This document shows positions 20,136-30,100 of a stretch of 64,000 bases of DNA, piece by piece. Made by a program: the position numbers and the translations under genes. The notes beneath the pieces are model-generated. The model saw only the letters and a list, made by a program, of their open reading frames with translations, was not told the origin of the DNA and ran no database searches. The DNA is from a virus. The stretch lies in IMG/VR virus record IMGVR_UViG_3300006736_003672, positions 11,876-75,875 of that record. One strand, 5' to 3'. Each line of letters begins with the position of its first letter. Within the stretch, counting starts at the first letter, position 1.

Positions 20136-20488
20136 TTTATTTTTTTCTAACATTATCTGTGGTAATTAATTTATTATTGTTGTGGTACATCAAAGGTATA
20201 TTAACAAAATTACTTTTTATTTCTGAAAATAGCGATGATTTGTTGTATGCTCTCGAGAATTTTTCGAATCATCTTGAAGCCATTCATGAAATGGAAACAT
20301 TTTATGGTGAACCGGTTTTGCAAAATTTAATTCAACATTCACGACATATTGTAGACGAAGTTAAAAATTATGGTGAAATATATATTTTAACTGACGAACC
20401 AGAAGAACCAGAAGAACAAGACGAGCCAGAAGAACAAGATGTTCTGGAATACGAGAAGAGAGAAGATAGCGAGGATATGTTCCTGTGA
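20132..20488 (+). CDS. Hypothetical membrane-anchored protein with an acidic tail
   Basis: N-terminal hydrophobic helix and C-terminal DEPEEPEEQDEPEEQD. Confidence 0.65.
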   Translation: MIYFFLTLSVVINLLLLWYIKGILTKLLFISENSDDLLYALENFSNHLEAIHEMETFYGEPVLQNLIQHSRHIVDEVKNYGEIYILTDEPEEPEEQDEPEEQDVLEYEKREDSEDMFL

Positions 20489-21168
20489 GAAAAAGTAAAA
20501 CAAAAAAGTATTATTTTACAAAAGTACATGAGGATGCAATAATTCGCTATGCTCTGTCTAACAATTTAAACGAAAGAACAGAATTATATGTAGTATATAT
20601 ACAGCCGGCCTTTAATGAAATGGTAGATAAAATTGTTTATACATATAAATTTTCCACTCTTCCAAATATAGATATTCTTCGCGAAGAGTGCAAAATATGG
20701 TTAACAACAATTTTGGATAAATACGATTCCACCAAAGGTTCAAAAGCTTTTTCATATTTTAGTGTTATAACGAAAAATTGGTTTATTCATAAAGTTAAGA
20801 AGAACCAACAAAAACACAAAAGAGAAATCCAATTTGATGATTTGTCAAAAAATCTAGAACATACCTATGTTACTACTGAAGAAAAGTATATCAGGGATCG
20901 GGAGGAAAAAGAATTTTGGTTTCATCTTTTACAACACATCGATTCTTGGAATCAAGAAAATCTAAGAGTAAATGAAAGAAAAGTATTAGATGCAATAAAG
21001 ATTCTTTTAGAAAATTCTAATGATATCGAAATTTTCAATAAAAAGGCAATTTATCTCTATTTAAGAGAGTTGACTGGGTTAAATACAAAGCAAGTTGTTA
21101 ACAACTTAAATAAGATGAGAGTTCGCTATCGTAAATTTAAGCTAAACTGGAATAAAGGAAAAATATAA
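20485..21168 (+). CDS. Phage sigma-factor-like protein (probable late sigma factor)
   Basis: Region-2-like LDKYDSTKGSKAFSYFSVITKN and a C-terminal HTH-like LRELTGLNTKQV. Confidence 0.65.
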   Translation: MRKSKTKKYYFTKVHEDAIIRYALSNNLNERTELYVVYIQPAFNEMVDKIVYTYKFSTLPNIDILREECKIWLTTILDKYDSTKGSKAFSYFSVITKNWFIHKVKKNQQKHKREIQFDDLSKNLEHTYVTTEEKYIRDREEKEFWFHLLQHIDSWNQENLRVNERKVLDAIKILLENSNDIEIFNKKAIYLYLRELTGLNTKQVVNNLNKMRVRYRKFKLNWNKGKI

Positions 21169-21175
21169 AATAATT

Positions 21176-21182
21176 CTATTTA
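21176..21182 (+). promoter_or_regulatory. Candidate phage late-promoter element CTAHTTA (recurs upstream of structural genes)
   Basis: CTATTTA here. Also 25969 CTATTTA, 27106 CTAATTA, 36919 CTAATTA, 56893 CTAATTA and 59955 CTACTTA, with variants at 36507 and 51713. Confidence 0.45.
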
Positions 21183-21200
21183 TATGTAAAGGAGAATATC

Positions 21201-22301
21201 ATGTCCGAAGAAGAAATTGATCAACAGCCAGCAACGGAAGACGACCTTGCAGATGATTTTGCAGATGATTTTGATTTTGTAGAACACTATGGAGAATCAG
21301 CTGAAGTAAAACACGAAGAGCAGCTGCCTGATAATACTGCAAAATCATCTTTAAACTGTGCTTTTGTTGGTGTCGGCGGAGGTGGAGGTAAAATGGCAAA
21401 AGCCTTTTTAGATTTAGGATTTAATAAAACTATTTTAGTTAACACGACTGAAAAGGACCAACCGGCCGGAATTGATTCTAAGCATTTGGTGCTTATTCCT
21501 GATGCAGACGGCGTTGCGAAAGATGTTTCTTATGGTAAAACTGTTTTTGAAAATAATGGAGCAGTTGTTGAAGATGCATTAAGAACTAAGCTTGGTAAAG
21601 TTGATTGGTTATTTGTGTTGGCTGGCGGTGGCGGAGGAACTGGAAGCGCATGCGCTTCCATGCATGAAGTTTTCGAAAGATACTTGGCTTCTGTTCAAGC
21701 GGAAGGGAGAGTTGTATATGTTGTTTCCTGGCCATCTGCACAAGAATTGCTAAATCCAACAATTGCGAAAAACGCTCTATCTTTGTTAAATGATGTATGT
21801 TCTTATCCTCACATTGTTTTGGACAACGAAAGGCAAGTCGAATTGCTTCGCGGAAAAGTTGGAATGTTAAACATGTTCCCAGTCGCAAATAAAACTTTTG
21901 CTAAATTATTTAATCAAGTTTTGAAGTTGTCTTCTGAAAATTCTCCCATTCAGACTTTTGATTCGAAAGATCTTGAAAGGACTTTAAAACAAAATGGAAG
22001 AATTTTTATTGGTTCTACAATTGTTAGAGATCCAAAGGATCCAAATCTTGGAGCACAAATTTTTCAAAATTGCCTTCAACGATCCCCGTGTGCTCCCCCA
22101 AAGGGAAAGCCGAAAACAGGTACAATGTTGTTAATTATGACCGAAGAGCTTGCATCAGATCCTGAGATTAGTAAACACTTGGATGCTGCAATGTCTTATG
22201 TTGGAGGAAGAACAGAGACGTTGTTCACAGGAGTATACATTAAAAGGAATGTTCCTGGCCTGGTAACAATATTGACCATGACAGGAATGGAAGAAGAGTG
22301 A
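21201..22301 (+). CDS. FtsZ/tubulin-superfamily GTPase (TubZ/CetZ/PhuZ-like)
   Basis: T1 GVGGGGGK, VNT, tubulin signature AGGGGGTGS, LDNE, ANK and T7-like FDSKD. AAGGAG Shine-Dalgarno. Confidence 0.88.
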   Translation: MSEEEIDQQPATEDDLADDFADDFDFVEHYGESAEVKHEEQLPDNTAKSSLNCAFVGVGGGGGKMAKAFLDLGFNKTILVNTTEKDQPAGIDSKHLVLIPDADGVAKDVSYGKTVFENNGAVVEDALRTKLGKVDWLFVLAGGGGGTGSACASMHEVFERYLASVQAEGRVVYVVSWPSAQELLNPTIAKNALSLLNDVCSYPHIVLDNERQVELLRGKVGMLNMFPVANKTFAKLFNQVLKLSSENSPIQTFDSKDLERTLKQNGRIFIGSTIVRDPKDPNLGAQIFQNCLQRSPCAPPKGKPKTGTMLLIMTEELASDPEISKHLDAAMSYVGGRTETLFTGVYIKRNVPGLVTILTMTGMEEE

Positions 22302-22582
22302 AAGAAGTTGATAAATATTTGCAAGAGTCGATTGAAAACATTAGAAGTGATCGCGACGTAACAAATAGTCTTTTAAAAGATGTGATGATTTATCTTTCTG
22401 GAGATGAAACAAGGCATGAGAAAGTAGGACAAGTTGCAGCTAAATATCTTGAAACTTTACAGCGTTCGAACGAACAATTGGTTAAGGTAGTTGGTCTGCT
22501 CCACAAAAGACAGACAAGTACAGGTGAATTAACCGATGAGGATAAAAACGAGCTATTTGAGCTAATAAAGGAAAGTTCTTAG
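22298..22582 (+). CDS. Small helical hypothetical phage protein
   Basis: 94-aa ORF overlapping the tubulin stop codon; coiled-coil-like YLETLQRSNEQLVK. Confidence 0.65.
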   Translation: MKEVDKYLQESIENIRSDRDVTNSLLKDVMIYLSGDETRHEKVGQVAAKYLETLQRSNEQLVKVVGLLHKRQTSTGELTDEDKNELFELIKESS

Positions 22583-22583
22583 T

Positions 22584-24077
22584 GTGGCAGAGCGAATACA
22601 GCATGGAATAAATGGACCCGAGCCACCATTATTTTCTAGAAACGTACACCCAACTACAACGCCTTTTAAATATATTCGTGACTTTGCCACTAGTCATAAC
22701 AAAACAAGTATTTTAAAAGAGGCCGGCCCTTATATAGCGGAAGTTATAAGAGTATATGATAAATATACTTTAGGACAATCGACTGGAAAAGTTCCTTTGG
22801 ATTACTGGAATCATTTTGAAGGCGACGAATCGGGAGAGATAGTTATTATAAGGGCGAGAATACCAGAAATCGATACTTTTGGCATCCCGCAGAAGCTTCC
22901 AGTAAATGATGAGGATTTTGTAAATTTAAGCTCAGAAGACAAACATCGTGTTGAACGCTACCCAAAATGCATTGCAAAGTGGTTAAACATGCCTAGACCA
23001 GCCGTTGGGCAGGCAGTTTGGGTAGATTTCAGAGATCCAAAAAATAGATCAGGTAGGATGTATTTGGGAATTGTCAACAGTACTCAACCTAATGCTTATT
23101 CTAGTGGTGCAGGATCTAAAGATGGTTTCGACAACCCTTTAACTCCAAATTATTTCCCGCCGACAGAGCCTCCAAAGCCATATACTGGGCCAGTTGTTTT
23201 TGCAGATGGATACAATTGGGCCTTCCCGGAAGGCGAAGTGGCGTTAACAATTGGGCCTGGGGAAATTGCAACTTTGGCCATGGTCGGCGGCAACCCGCGT
23301 ATAAGAGCCTTTATGAGAATGATTACGCTTCATGAAGGCGGGGCGCGCCACCAAGGTCCGGACAATGGCGTGATAGCTAGTCCATATCAATTGCTTGTAG
23401 GGGGGAAGGTAACTACCGACCCACAAAAACGCGCAGGCCGCATTACAAAGGGTCATATAGTATCTTCTGGAAATTTTTTTGGAGGAGGTTATGTGGGCCA
23501 TCCGGGCATTGTGGTCAAGTGGAACCCGGATGCATATGGGTCTTCTGCTTGTGGCAGATTTCAATTCTTGGGAAGTACCTGGAAGAACTGGGCCGCCCGC
23601 ACTCGAAAACGCCCGGGCCACCCTGATCGATCAATGGAAGAAGCTCGAGCCGATTTTTCCCCGGCGAATCAGGATTATGCGACTTATCAATTTATGATGA
23701 AACACAAAGGCGCCCCCGAGTTCGGTGGAGTTAAGGCAAGTCTACTTGAATTATTAGTTAAAATGGGCGACACTCCTGTTGAAGCTACTCCCGACAATAA
23801 AAAGATATGGAAATTAATTATGAAAACTGCCGGCCCAGGAGCTGGGCCAAAAGGGCCTAGGCATCACACTCCGGGCCCTGGAAAAGGAATTGGTGGAACA
23901 TGGGCTAGTTTACCTTACGCGTGCTATAAGAATCAAAGTTGTATAAAACTGCTCGCCGACGGCGGCCTTCTCCGCGACCAAAAAAGATATAACGAAGGGA
24001 TAGAATTATATTCAGCTTTGTTAGACGAAGAAAATATCATAGCGGAATATAACGCGGATCTGACACCTGTGGGATAA
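22584..24077 (+). CDS. Putative baseplate hub/spike (gp5-like OB-fold) N-domain fused to a lambda-R-type (GH104) lytic transglycosylase
   Basis: N-domain IRARIPE...PAVGQAVWVDF...MYLG resembles gp5/VgrG OB folds. C-domain IRAFMRMITLHEG, SSACGRFQFLGSTW and DFSPANQD match lambda R motifs. Confidence 0.75.
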   Translation: MAERIQHGINGPEPPLFSRNVHPTTTPFKYIRDFATSHNKTSILKEAGPYIAEVIRVYDKYTLGQSTGKVPLDYWNHFEGDESGEIVIIRARIPEIDTFGIPQKLPVNDEDFVNLSSEDKHRVERYPKCIAKWLNMPRPAVGQAVWVDFRDPKNRSGRMYLGIVNSTQPNAYSSGAGSKDGFDNPLTPNYFPPTEPPKPYTGPVVFADGYNWAFPEGEVALTIGPGEIATLAMVGGNPRIRAFMRMITLHEGGARHQGPDNGVIASPYQLLVGGKVTTDPQKRAGRITKGHIVSSGNFFGGGYVGHPGIVVKWNPDAYGSSACGRFQFLGSTWKNWAARTRKRPGHPDRSMEEARADFSPANQDYATYQFMMKHKGAPEFGGVKASLLELLVKMGDTPVEATPDNKKIWKLIMKTAGPGAGPKGPRHHTPGPGKGIGGTWASLPYACYKNQSCIKLLADGGLLRDQKRYNEGIELYSALLDEENIIAEYNADLTPVG

Positions 24078-24589
24078 GGAGTAAAATTTAAATGGCTAAC
24101 GAACGAATACAACATGGAATAAATGGGCCCGAACCACCATTATTTTCTAGAAATGTACACTCAGCCACAACGCCCTTTAAGTATGTAAGAGACGCCGCCA
24201 CTAGTCATAACAAAACAAGTATTTTAAAAGAGGCCGGCCCTTATATAGCGGAAGTTATAAGGGTATTCGAGACTTACACTTTAGGACAATCGACTGGAAA
24301 AGTTCCTTTGGACTATTGGAACCACTTTGAAGGTGAGGAATCAGGCGATATAGTTGTTATGAGAGTCCGCATACCAGAAATTGACACTTTTGGAATACCA
24401 CAGCAGCTTCCAGTAAATGATGAGGATTTTGCAAATTTAAGCCCGGGAGACAAGCACCTTGTTGAGCGTTATCCAAAGTGCATTGCAAAGTGGTTAAACA
24501 TGCCTCGCCCTGCAGTTGGGCAGGCAGTTTGGGTAGATTTCAGAGATCCGAAAAATAGATCAGGTAGGATGTATTTGGGAATTGTTAAT
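22584..24589 (+). repeat. Duplicated ~500-bp 5' gene segment (22584-~23078 versus 24092-~24589)
   Basis: Near-identical DNA and protein, including a perfect 65-bp match at 22686-22750 = 24197-24261. Confidence 0.95.
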
Positions 24590-25945
24590 ACTGCGCAAGC
24601 ATCACTTGATTCTGGTGACTCCGGCTCCGGCGATGGTGACTCATCCACAAAAGATGATTTTGATCAAGGGACCGATGCTGACAAGGCTCTCGCCACCCAG
24701 CGCAGCAGAAATGCGCTCAAGAGGGGCATCAAAATTCCTGAAGCTGATAAAGGCGATATTGCATTATTGGTCGGTGATAGCCAGATGAAGGGGAGGCTTG
24801 GAGAGGCTCTGGCCAAGCGACTTACAACTTTAGGATGGCAACTACTCCCAAAGGGGGCCGTCAAGGGGCAAACCCAAAGAGCTGCAACAGCTCGTACAGG
24901 CTCGTCCATTAAACCATGGCTTTTACAAGTTTGTGCGATACAAGACGGTAAGCCAGAATGGGGAAAAGCTGGTTTTAAATGTATAAATAAATATTTGACA
25001 AGAACACAACCACCAAAGGTTGTATATATATGTCTATCAGGAAATGGTGGCACTGGAAAACAAGCCGTAAAATTTATTAATATGATTAGAGATGCCACAG
25101 GAGAGGCAACACAGATTGTGTGGTTTTTAGCGCCAAAATCACATGATGCCCCCGGTGGCAAACAAAGGGCCTACATGAACCAAGGTACCGCTAATGGCAC
25201 GTGCCAGGCGCCTAAAACAGGAAGTAATTGCGGCCGCCTCGCGAGAAATTTAGAGATCCAGATGGCTATAGCAGAATTAGACAAAGTAATGATTATTGAT
25301 CCGCAAATAGAACTGCCAGATTACAAACCAGATGAGACAAATGCCCACGACGGGCTTCATCTAGGTAAAAAAGCTGCAGAAAGGCTTATTAATAATATAT
25401 CTAGAGGGTTACTTACAGCTGAACAAAGACAAAAACAGCTCCAGGAAAACCTCCTCGTCGGCGGCTGTTTCGTTGCAGGAACTAAGATTGCTGTCGTCGA
25501 TGAACTTGGCAACAAACATGAAAAGAACATTCAAGATGTGCATGTTGGAGATACTGTGTTGAGTTATAACTTTGCACTTGGTGCGCTTGAGAATAAGCGT
25601 GTCACGTCAACTTTCAATCCAATACACAATGATCTTACAAAGTTCACGTTCGACAATAACACGTCGACAATTCACACTTATGATCACCCATATTATGTAA
25701 TAAATAAGGGCTGGGCATCATTAAGTCCGGATTTTACAAAACATCGCTATGCTGAACATTCGTCAGAATTATTGGATACAAAACTTATTAATGTCGGTGA
25801 TCAATGTTTGCTTGATGATGGAATAACTTATACAACACTAATTGATGTACAGGTTGTTCATGGCAATAATGTTATGACGTATAATATAAGAGTTGAGGAC
25901 AATAACAATTATTTTGCTGACGGAATTCTGGTACACAATAAGTAA
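24092..25945 (+). CDS. Paralogous gp5-like N-domain + SGNH/GDSL hydrolase + C-terminal Hint (intein-like) domain
   Basis: Same N-domain as 22584. SGNH blocks LLVGDSQ, LSGN and DGLH. Hint domain CFVAGTKI...TYDHPYY...TYNIRVEDNNNYFADGILVHNK*. Confidence 0.8.
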   Translation: MANERIQHGINGPEPPLFSRNVHSATTPFKYVRDAATSHNKTSILKEAGPYIAEVIRVFETYTLGQSTGKVPLDYWNHFEGEESGDIVVMRVRIPEIDTFGIPQQLPVNDEDFANLSPGDKHLVERYPKCIAKWLNMPRPAVGQAVWVDFRDPKNRSGRMYLGIVNTAQASLDSGDSGSGDGDSSTKDDFDQGTDADKALATQRSRNALKRGIKIPEADKGDIALLVGDSQMKGRLGEALAKRLTTLGWQLLPKGAVKGQTQRAATARTGSSIKPWLLQVCAIQDGKPEWGKAGFKCINKYLTRTQPPKVVYICLSGNGGTGKQAVKFINMIRDATGEATQIVWFLAPKSHDAPGGKQRAYMNQGTANGTCQAPKTGSNCGRLARNLEIQMAIAELDKVMIIDPQIELPDYKPDETNAHDGLHLGKKAAERLINNISRGLLTAEQRQKQLQENLLVGGCFVAGTKIAVVDELGNKHEKNIQDVHVGDTVLSYNFALGALENKRVTSTFNPIHNDLTKFTFDNNTSTIHTYDHPYYVINKGWASLSPDFTKHRYAEHSSELLDTKLINVGDQCLLDDGITYTTLIDVQVVHGNNVMTYNIRVEDNNNYFADGILVHNK

Positions 25946-26036
25946 GCGAAAAAGTATTTTTTATTAAACTATTTACTCTTGTTATAAAAATACATAATAC
26001 GTTGCCCTATGTAAGCATAAAGGAAGTAGTGTGTAA

Positions 26037-27143
26037 ATGTCGAATAAAAAATTAATAGAATATCCTAAATGTATTAGCGCGGAGAGAGCTAAAAAATTAA
26101 GCACACTTTCAGATAAAGATAGAGAAAGAGCGCTCTCTGGAGTGGGACAAGGGATAAAGTTTGAGTGCGCACCAGCATATGAAGCTGGGGACTGTGAAAC
26201 CTGGTTTAGAAGTAAAGGAGGAAATGCTTTTCTAATCTTGGGAAGAGATCGTCCAAATGGTTTACATAGTGGATACGGTGGGTCTGATGGGGAAAAGGGT
26301 GATCATCCAGCAGCATCAGCTGTAAGGCTTACAGCAGGAATGGGAGGACGTTCACCGAAAGAAATAGTTAACGTGCACGGTGTCGAACTTGTTAATACTT
26401 TAGATCCTAACAATCAAGAAGATGCTGCAACAATTTATTTAAGCCAAAAAACAGATATTGATGATAAGCAACGAGGCTTTAATTTAGCTAAAGGCACAAT
26501 TGGTAGAGTAGAAGCGCGCTCCGCTGCCGCCATAAAAGCAGATTCTGTAAGAATTATAAGTAGAGATGGTGGCATAAAATTAATTGCCGGCGGCTCCACG
26601 AAGAATTCGCAAGGAGGAAAAATAGACACTTATCCTGATATTAATTTTATTGCGGGAAACGACGACTCTGGTCGACTCTTGCAACCATTAGTTAAGGGCG
26701 ATAATATGAAAAAAGCTATTATCAAACTTTACAAATATTTAGATGAGATTCTTATAACCGTTAATAGTATTTTAATTGAACAGGATCTTTTAAATAAAAT
26801 TTTATCGACTCACCAACATCTGTTACCCCCAATCACCTTGCCGCCGATGAAGATTCAAGGCTACGGCGTTGGCGGAAACTCCGGCGGCATCGTCAAATCA
26901 ACGCTCCTTGCTAGTACAGTTCCGCCGTCTCCCTTCCCCATGGGGTTGGGAACTCCTTCCCCGGGGTGGACACTGTTTAGCCCGGAGGTGATGACTCAGG
27001 CGAACGTATGTTCTATGAATCAAATGAGCATTAGTATGGACAAGATTGTGAAATTAAAAGCTAATATGCTTGGATCAAAAGCCAATGCAATTTACCCAAC
27101 TTCACCTAATTATATAATGAGCAAAAATGTTTTTACAACTTAA
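26037..27143 (+). CDS. Putative tail spike/gp5 C-terminal-like protein
   Basis: Beta-repeat-like AIKADSVRIISRDGGIKL, QPLVKGD and an HQH metal-tip-like motif; follows the gp5-like genes. Confidence 0.5.
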   Translation: MSNKKLIEYPKCISAERAKKLSTLSDKDRERALSGVGQGIKFECAPAYEAGDCETWFRSKGGNAFLILGRDRPNGLHSGYGGSDGEKGDHPAASAVRLTAGMGGRSPKEIVNVHGVELVNTLDPNNQEDAATIYLSQKTDIDDKQRGFNLAKGTIGRVEARSAAAIKADSVRIISRDGGIKLIAGGSTKNSQGGKIDTYPDINFIAGNDDSGRLLQPLVKGDNMKKAIIKLYKYLDEILITVNSILIEQDLLNKILSTHQHLLPPITLPPMKIQGYGVGGNSGGIVKSTLLASTVPPSPFPMGLGTPSPGWTLFSPEVMTQANVCSMNQMSISMDKIVKLKANMLGSKANAIYPTSPNYIMSKNVFTT

Positions 27144-27162
27144 GGGCCATAGGTAGGGATAT

Positions 27163-30100
27163 ATGCCAAAAGTACTAATAGAAAATCTTGAGCTTGAGTC
27201 ACTAATAGAGCCGCCTTTTACTAGAGATGAAGACACGTATGAGGTCGTCGTGTCAATTTGGGGAGTTCCCGGCACTGGCGACTTGGACACCCAATACAAA
27301 ATAGGGTCGAGTGCTGATAATTGGGTGTTCGAGACTTCGGACGCAATAGGAGATTGCACCGCCACGGCAAATCAGCAACAGCTCATCGAATTCGCAGACG
27401 AGCACACCGATTGTGTTGTCGATAAACTCATGCTCCATGTACAAAATCGTGGAGTGTATGTTATATTAAAAAAGCTTCTTGGTACCGGTATGGACAAGTT
27501 TGCCGCCGAAACCCCGGATGACGAAAACTACTCAATGGATGAGAACGGTTATCAAGTGCACGAAGGCTTCGGTACGAAAACCCGCGATCTTATAGCTATG
27601 AAAAATTACATGACTCACCTGCTAGAGGTAGTCGAAAACGATATCATAATTGGCACGTTTGTGGGCTATGAAGGCGATCCTGATGCCGATCCTCCCATCC
27701 CTCCGGTAGAAATTTGGAGATCCCCTCGTCCTTCAGATCCTCATCCACGCCGAGTAGTCGTCGGGCTTAGTATTGGCAAGGAAAATATAGAGAAGTTAAG
27801 AGGTCTAAATCCCGCCGAAGCAGTAGGGGAGATCTCAGAATTCGATGAAAAAGCCGGCGCCCCGGTGGTGACTCGCTCGGAGCCTAAATTTCGTCAAACG
27901 TTTCAGAATGTTTTTGAATTTAGAGACTTAATCGACAAAGTGTCTAAAGGATTAAAAAACTATCATGGCAAGTTATCAGATTCATATTTTGCTTATCATG
28001 TTCCTCCGCCCGGCTTACCTCAGGGTCTTTTGGGTCCGATTTATGACTCGGACGATGTAGAGGATTGGCCTGAGCTTGATTTTAAACAACAGGCTGCATA
28101 TTTGAAGGAGGCTGGTGACAAGATTATAGATTTTTTGAAAAGTTCTGGACATAATATGGGCGCACCTTTTGAAATTGGCTTTCGTAATTATCATAAAATA
28201 GATGAGGAAGGACTGACTACAGCTGAGTTAAGAGACGAAGTAAAAACAGGAACGGTTCCCGGGATAACGTATGTTGGATACCCGATAGAGTACGAAAAAG
28301 TGCGTTTATATACTTTATATGTCTTGAAAACTCCAAAGCCGCCCCCGGCCAGCGCGCCGGCACTTGATTATGGTTTAAATAAACCCCCGGTCCCATGGCC
28401 AACTTTATATCCCGACACAAGTCCAGACGGTGATCCTAGAATATTGTATGGGGATCCTGCTGCCTATGAAGTTGATTCACCATTTGACAAAGAACCGTTT
28501 ACGTTTGGTACTGTTAGATGGTTTTTGGCCAACTTGAGAGATATTGGTTATAAACACATCGGCGGCAAACCAACTCCAGAAGAACTCAAGGCGCAAACAG
28601 AAGCAGCTGCAGTTGTTGCAACGTCAGAAGCAATGGAAAATCCTTGTGCCATGTCTGCTCCTGCTATGGCTAGTAAAGAATCCATGCCGGTCGACGACTT
28701 TATTGAATTGTATGTTTACCCAAACCCCGAGACAATTTTTAAAACCAGTTCTATTTTGGATTTAGCTAAAAAATTAGCTGGATGGCACTCTGGAGAAGAG
28801 TCTGCTGAAAATAAAGCACTTGAACGTAAGTTAACCAAAGAAGACGTATTACAATCTGTAGTTAATAATAGCCATGTTAACGCTTCCGATTATGTTGGAG
28901 ACTTAGTATATAAAAACTTACCAGTATCTCCGAATAAAATTCGATCAATTCATGATGCATATGCATATATTTTAAGAAGACTTGATATCCCAACTATAAT
29001 AGTAAAACTATTAGAATGTCTTGGGTTGAGAGTAAGTTTAGACGACTTAATTGAGTGGATTTGTGATGACATTATTAAAGCTGTTGACGAAAAAACCGAT
29101 GGAGGTATTACAAAACTTGTTGAATTTTTGGAGAGTGGAGAATTTCAGATCCCGGGCGAATTCCTGGCACAGGATCCTCCCATTCAAGTGACCGACATTA
29201 TAGGAGTTATACATGCCCACTCGGACATTGATACTGGTTCTGCAGCGGTAGATCAGATGCTCAACACTTGGGATCGCAACCAAAAATTATTTATTTGCGC
29301 TGCAATTGCTGCCGGCCCATTCGCCGCAGTAGCCGGCTTGATTTGGCTAATTAACTATCTTCTTACTAGAGACGGGTCGTTGGACAAGCAGCCGGGAAAG
29401 AAGAAGTGTGATATTGAATTTTCATTTCCAGATGAGTGGCCAATCTTAGATGCTCTTTGGGATTGGATATTAAGAGAAGCTTTAAAAAGACTTGAAGAAG
29501 AAGCTATGAGATTACTAGAGGAAGAAATTATCAAGCCTCTAAATCTGCTATTACAACAACTGTTAGACTTTTGCGATAAAGAAGAAGAAAGTTTTGGAGA
29601 AATTTCGTCCGAAGATTTAGACCCAGATCTTGCTTCAAAAGCTGCTCCGCTATTTGTAGGGCCAAAATCAAACAAATTTTTAAAAAAGTTGTTGTCTGCT
29701 TTAACTCCTAGTGAACTATGCGGGCTTCTAAGAGGGACCCTTTTATTTGAGGCCCCTGAAACCAAAAAAATTACAAGTTTTATTTACGAGTTTGCTTTAG
29801 ACGAATACAATGGAGCACCTGCAGGAACAGTAGAACATGGAGGAAAACCCGGGCCTCTTGGTAACGGAAAAAATATACTTCAATTTTTTAAAAATCTTGG
29901 CAAGAAAGTAAATATGAGCGTGTGCGATGAACGAGAATTGCCAGAAAAGCCTATATCAGACTTTTGTGATGATCTTGGTGTAGATTATGAAAGTAATTTA
30001 AGAACCGCTTTAACTAACCAGGGACTCTCTGATGAACAAATTGAAGGTCAAGTTATAGCAAAGCGAAACGCCAAGAAAGAAATAGTTAGCTCCGCTATAC

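Noticed and set aside
20393-20450. GAACCAGAAGAA-type short repeats as a CRISPR or regulatory array
   Set aside because: They are in-frame low-complexity coding sequence (DEPEEPEEQDEPEEQD) with no spacers.
21201-22301. Cellular ftsZ in a dcw cluster
   Set aside because: No ftsA/ftsQ/mur neighbours, divergent motifs and no C-terminal FtsZ peptide.
22584-24589. Duplicated segment as a diversity-generating retroelement TR/VR pair
   Set aside because: Both copies are coding 5' ends, the differences are largely synonymous and not adenine-specific, and no reverse transcriptase is in the window.
25466-25945. Canonical splicing intein or homing element
   Set aside because: HN is followed by Lys-stop, so there is no nucleophilic +1 residue or C-extein, and there is no endonuclease domain.
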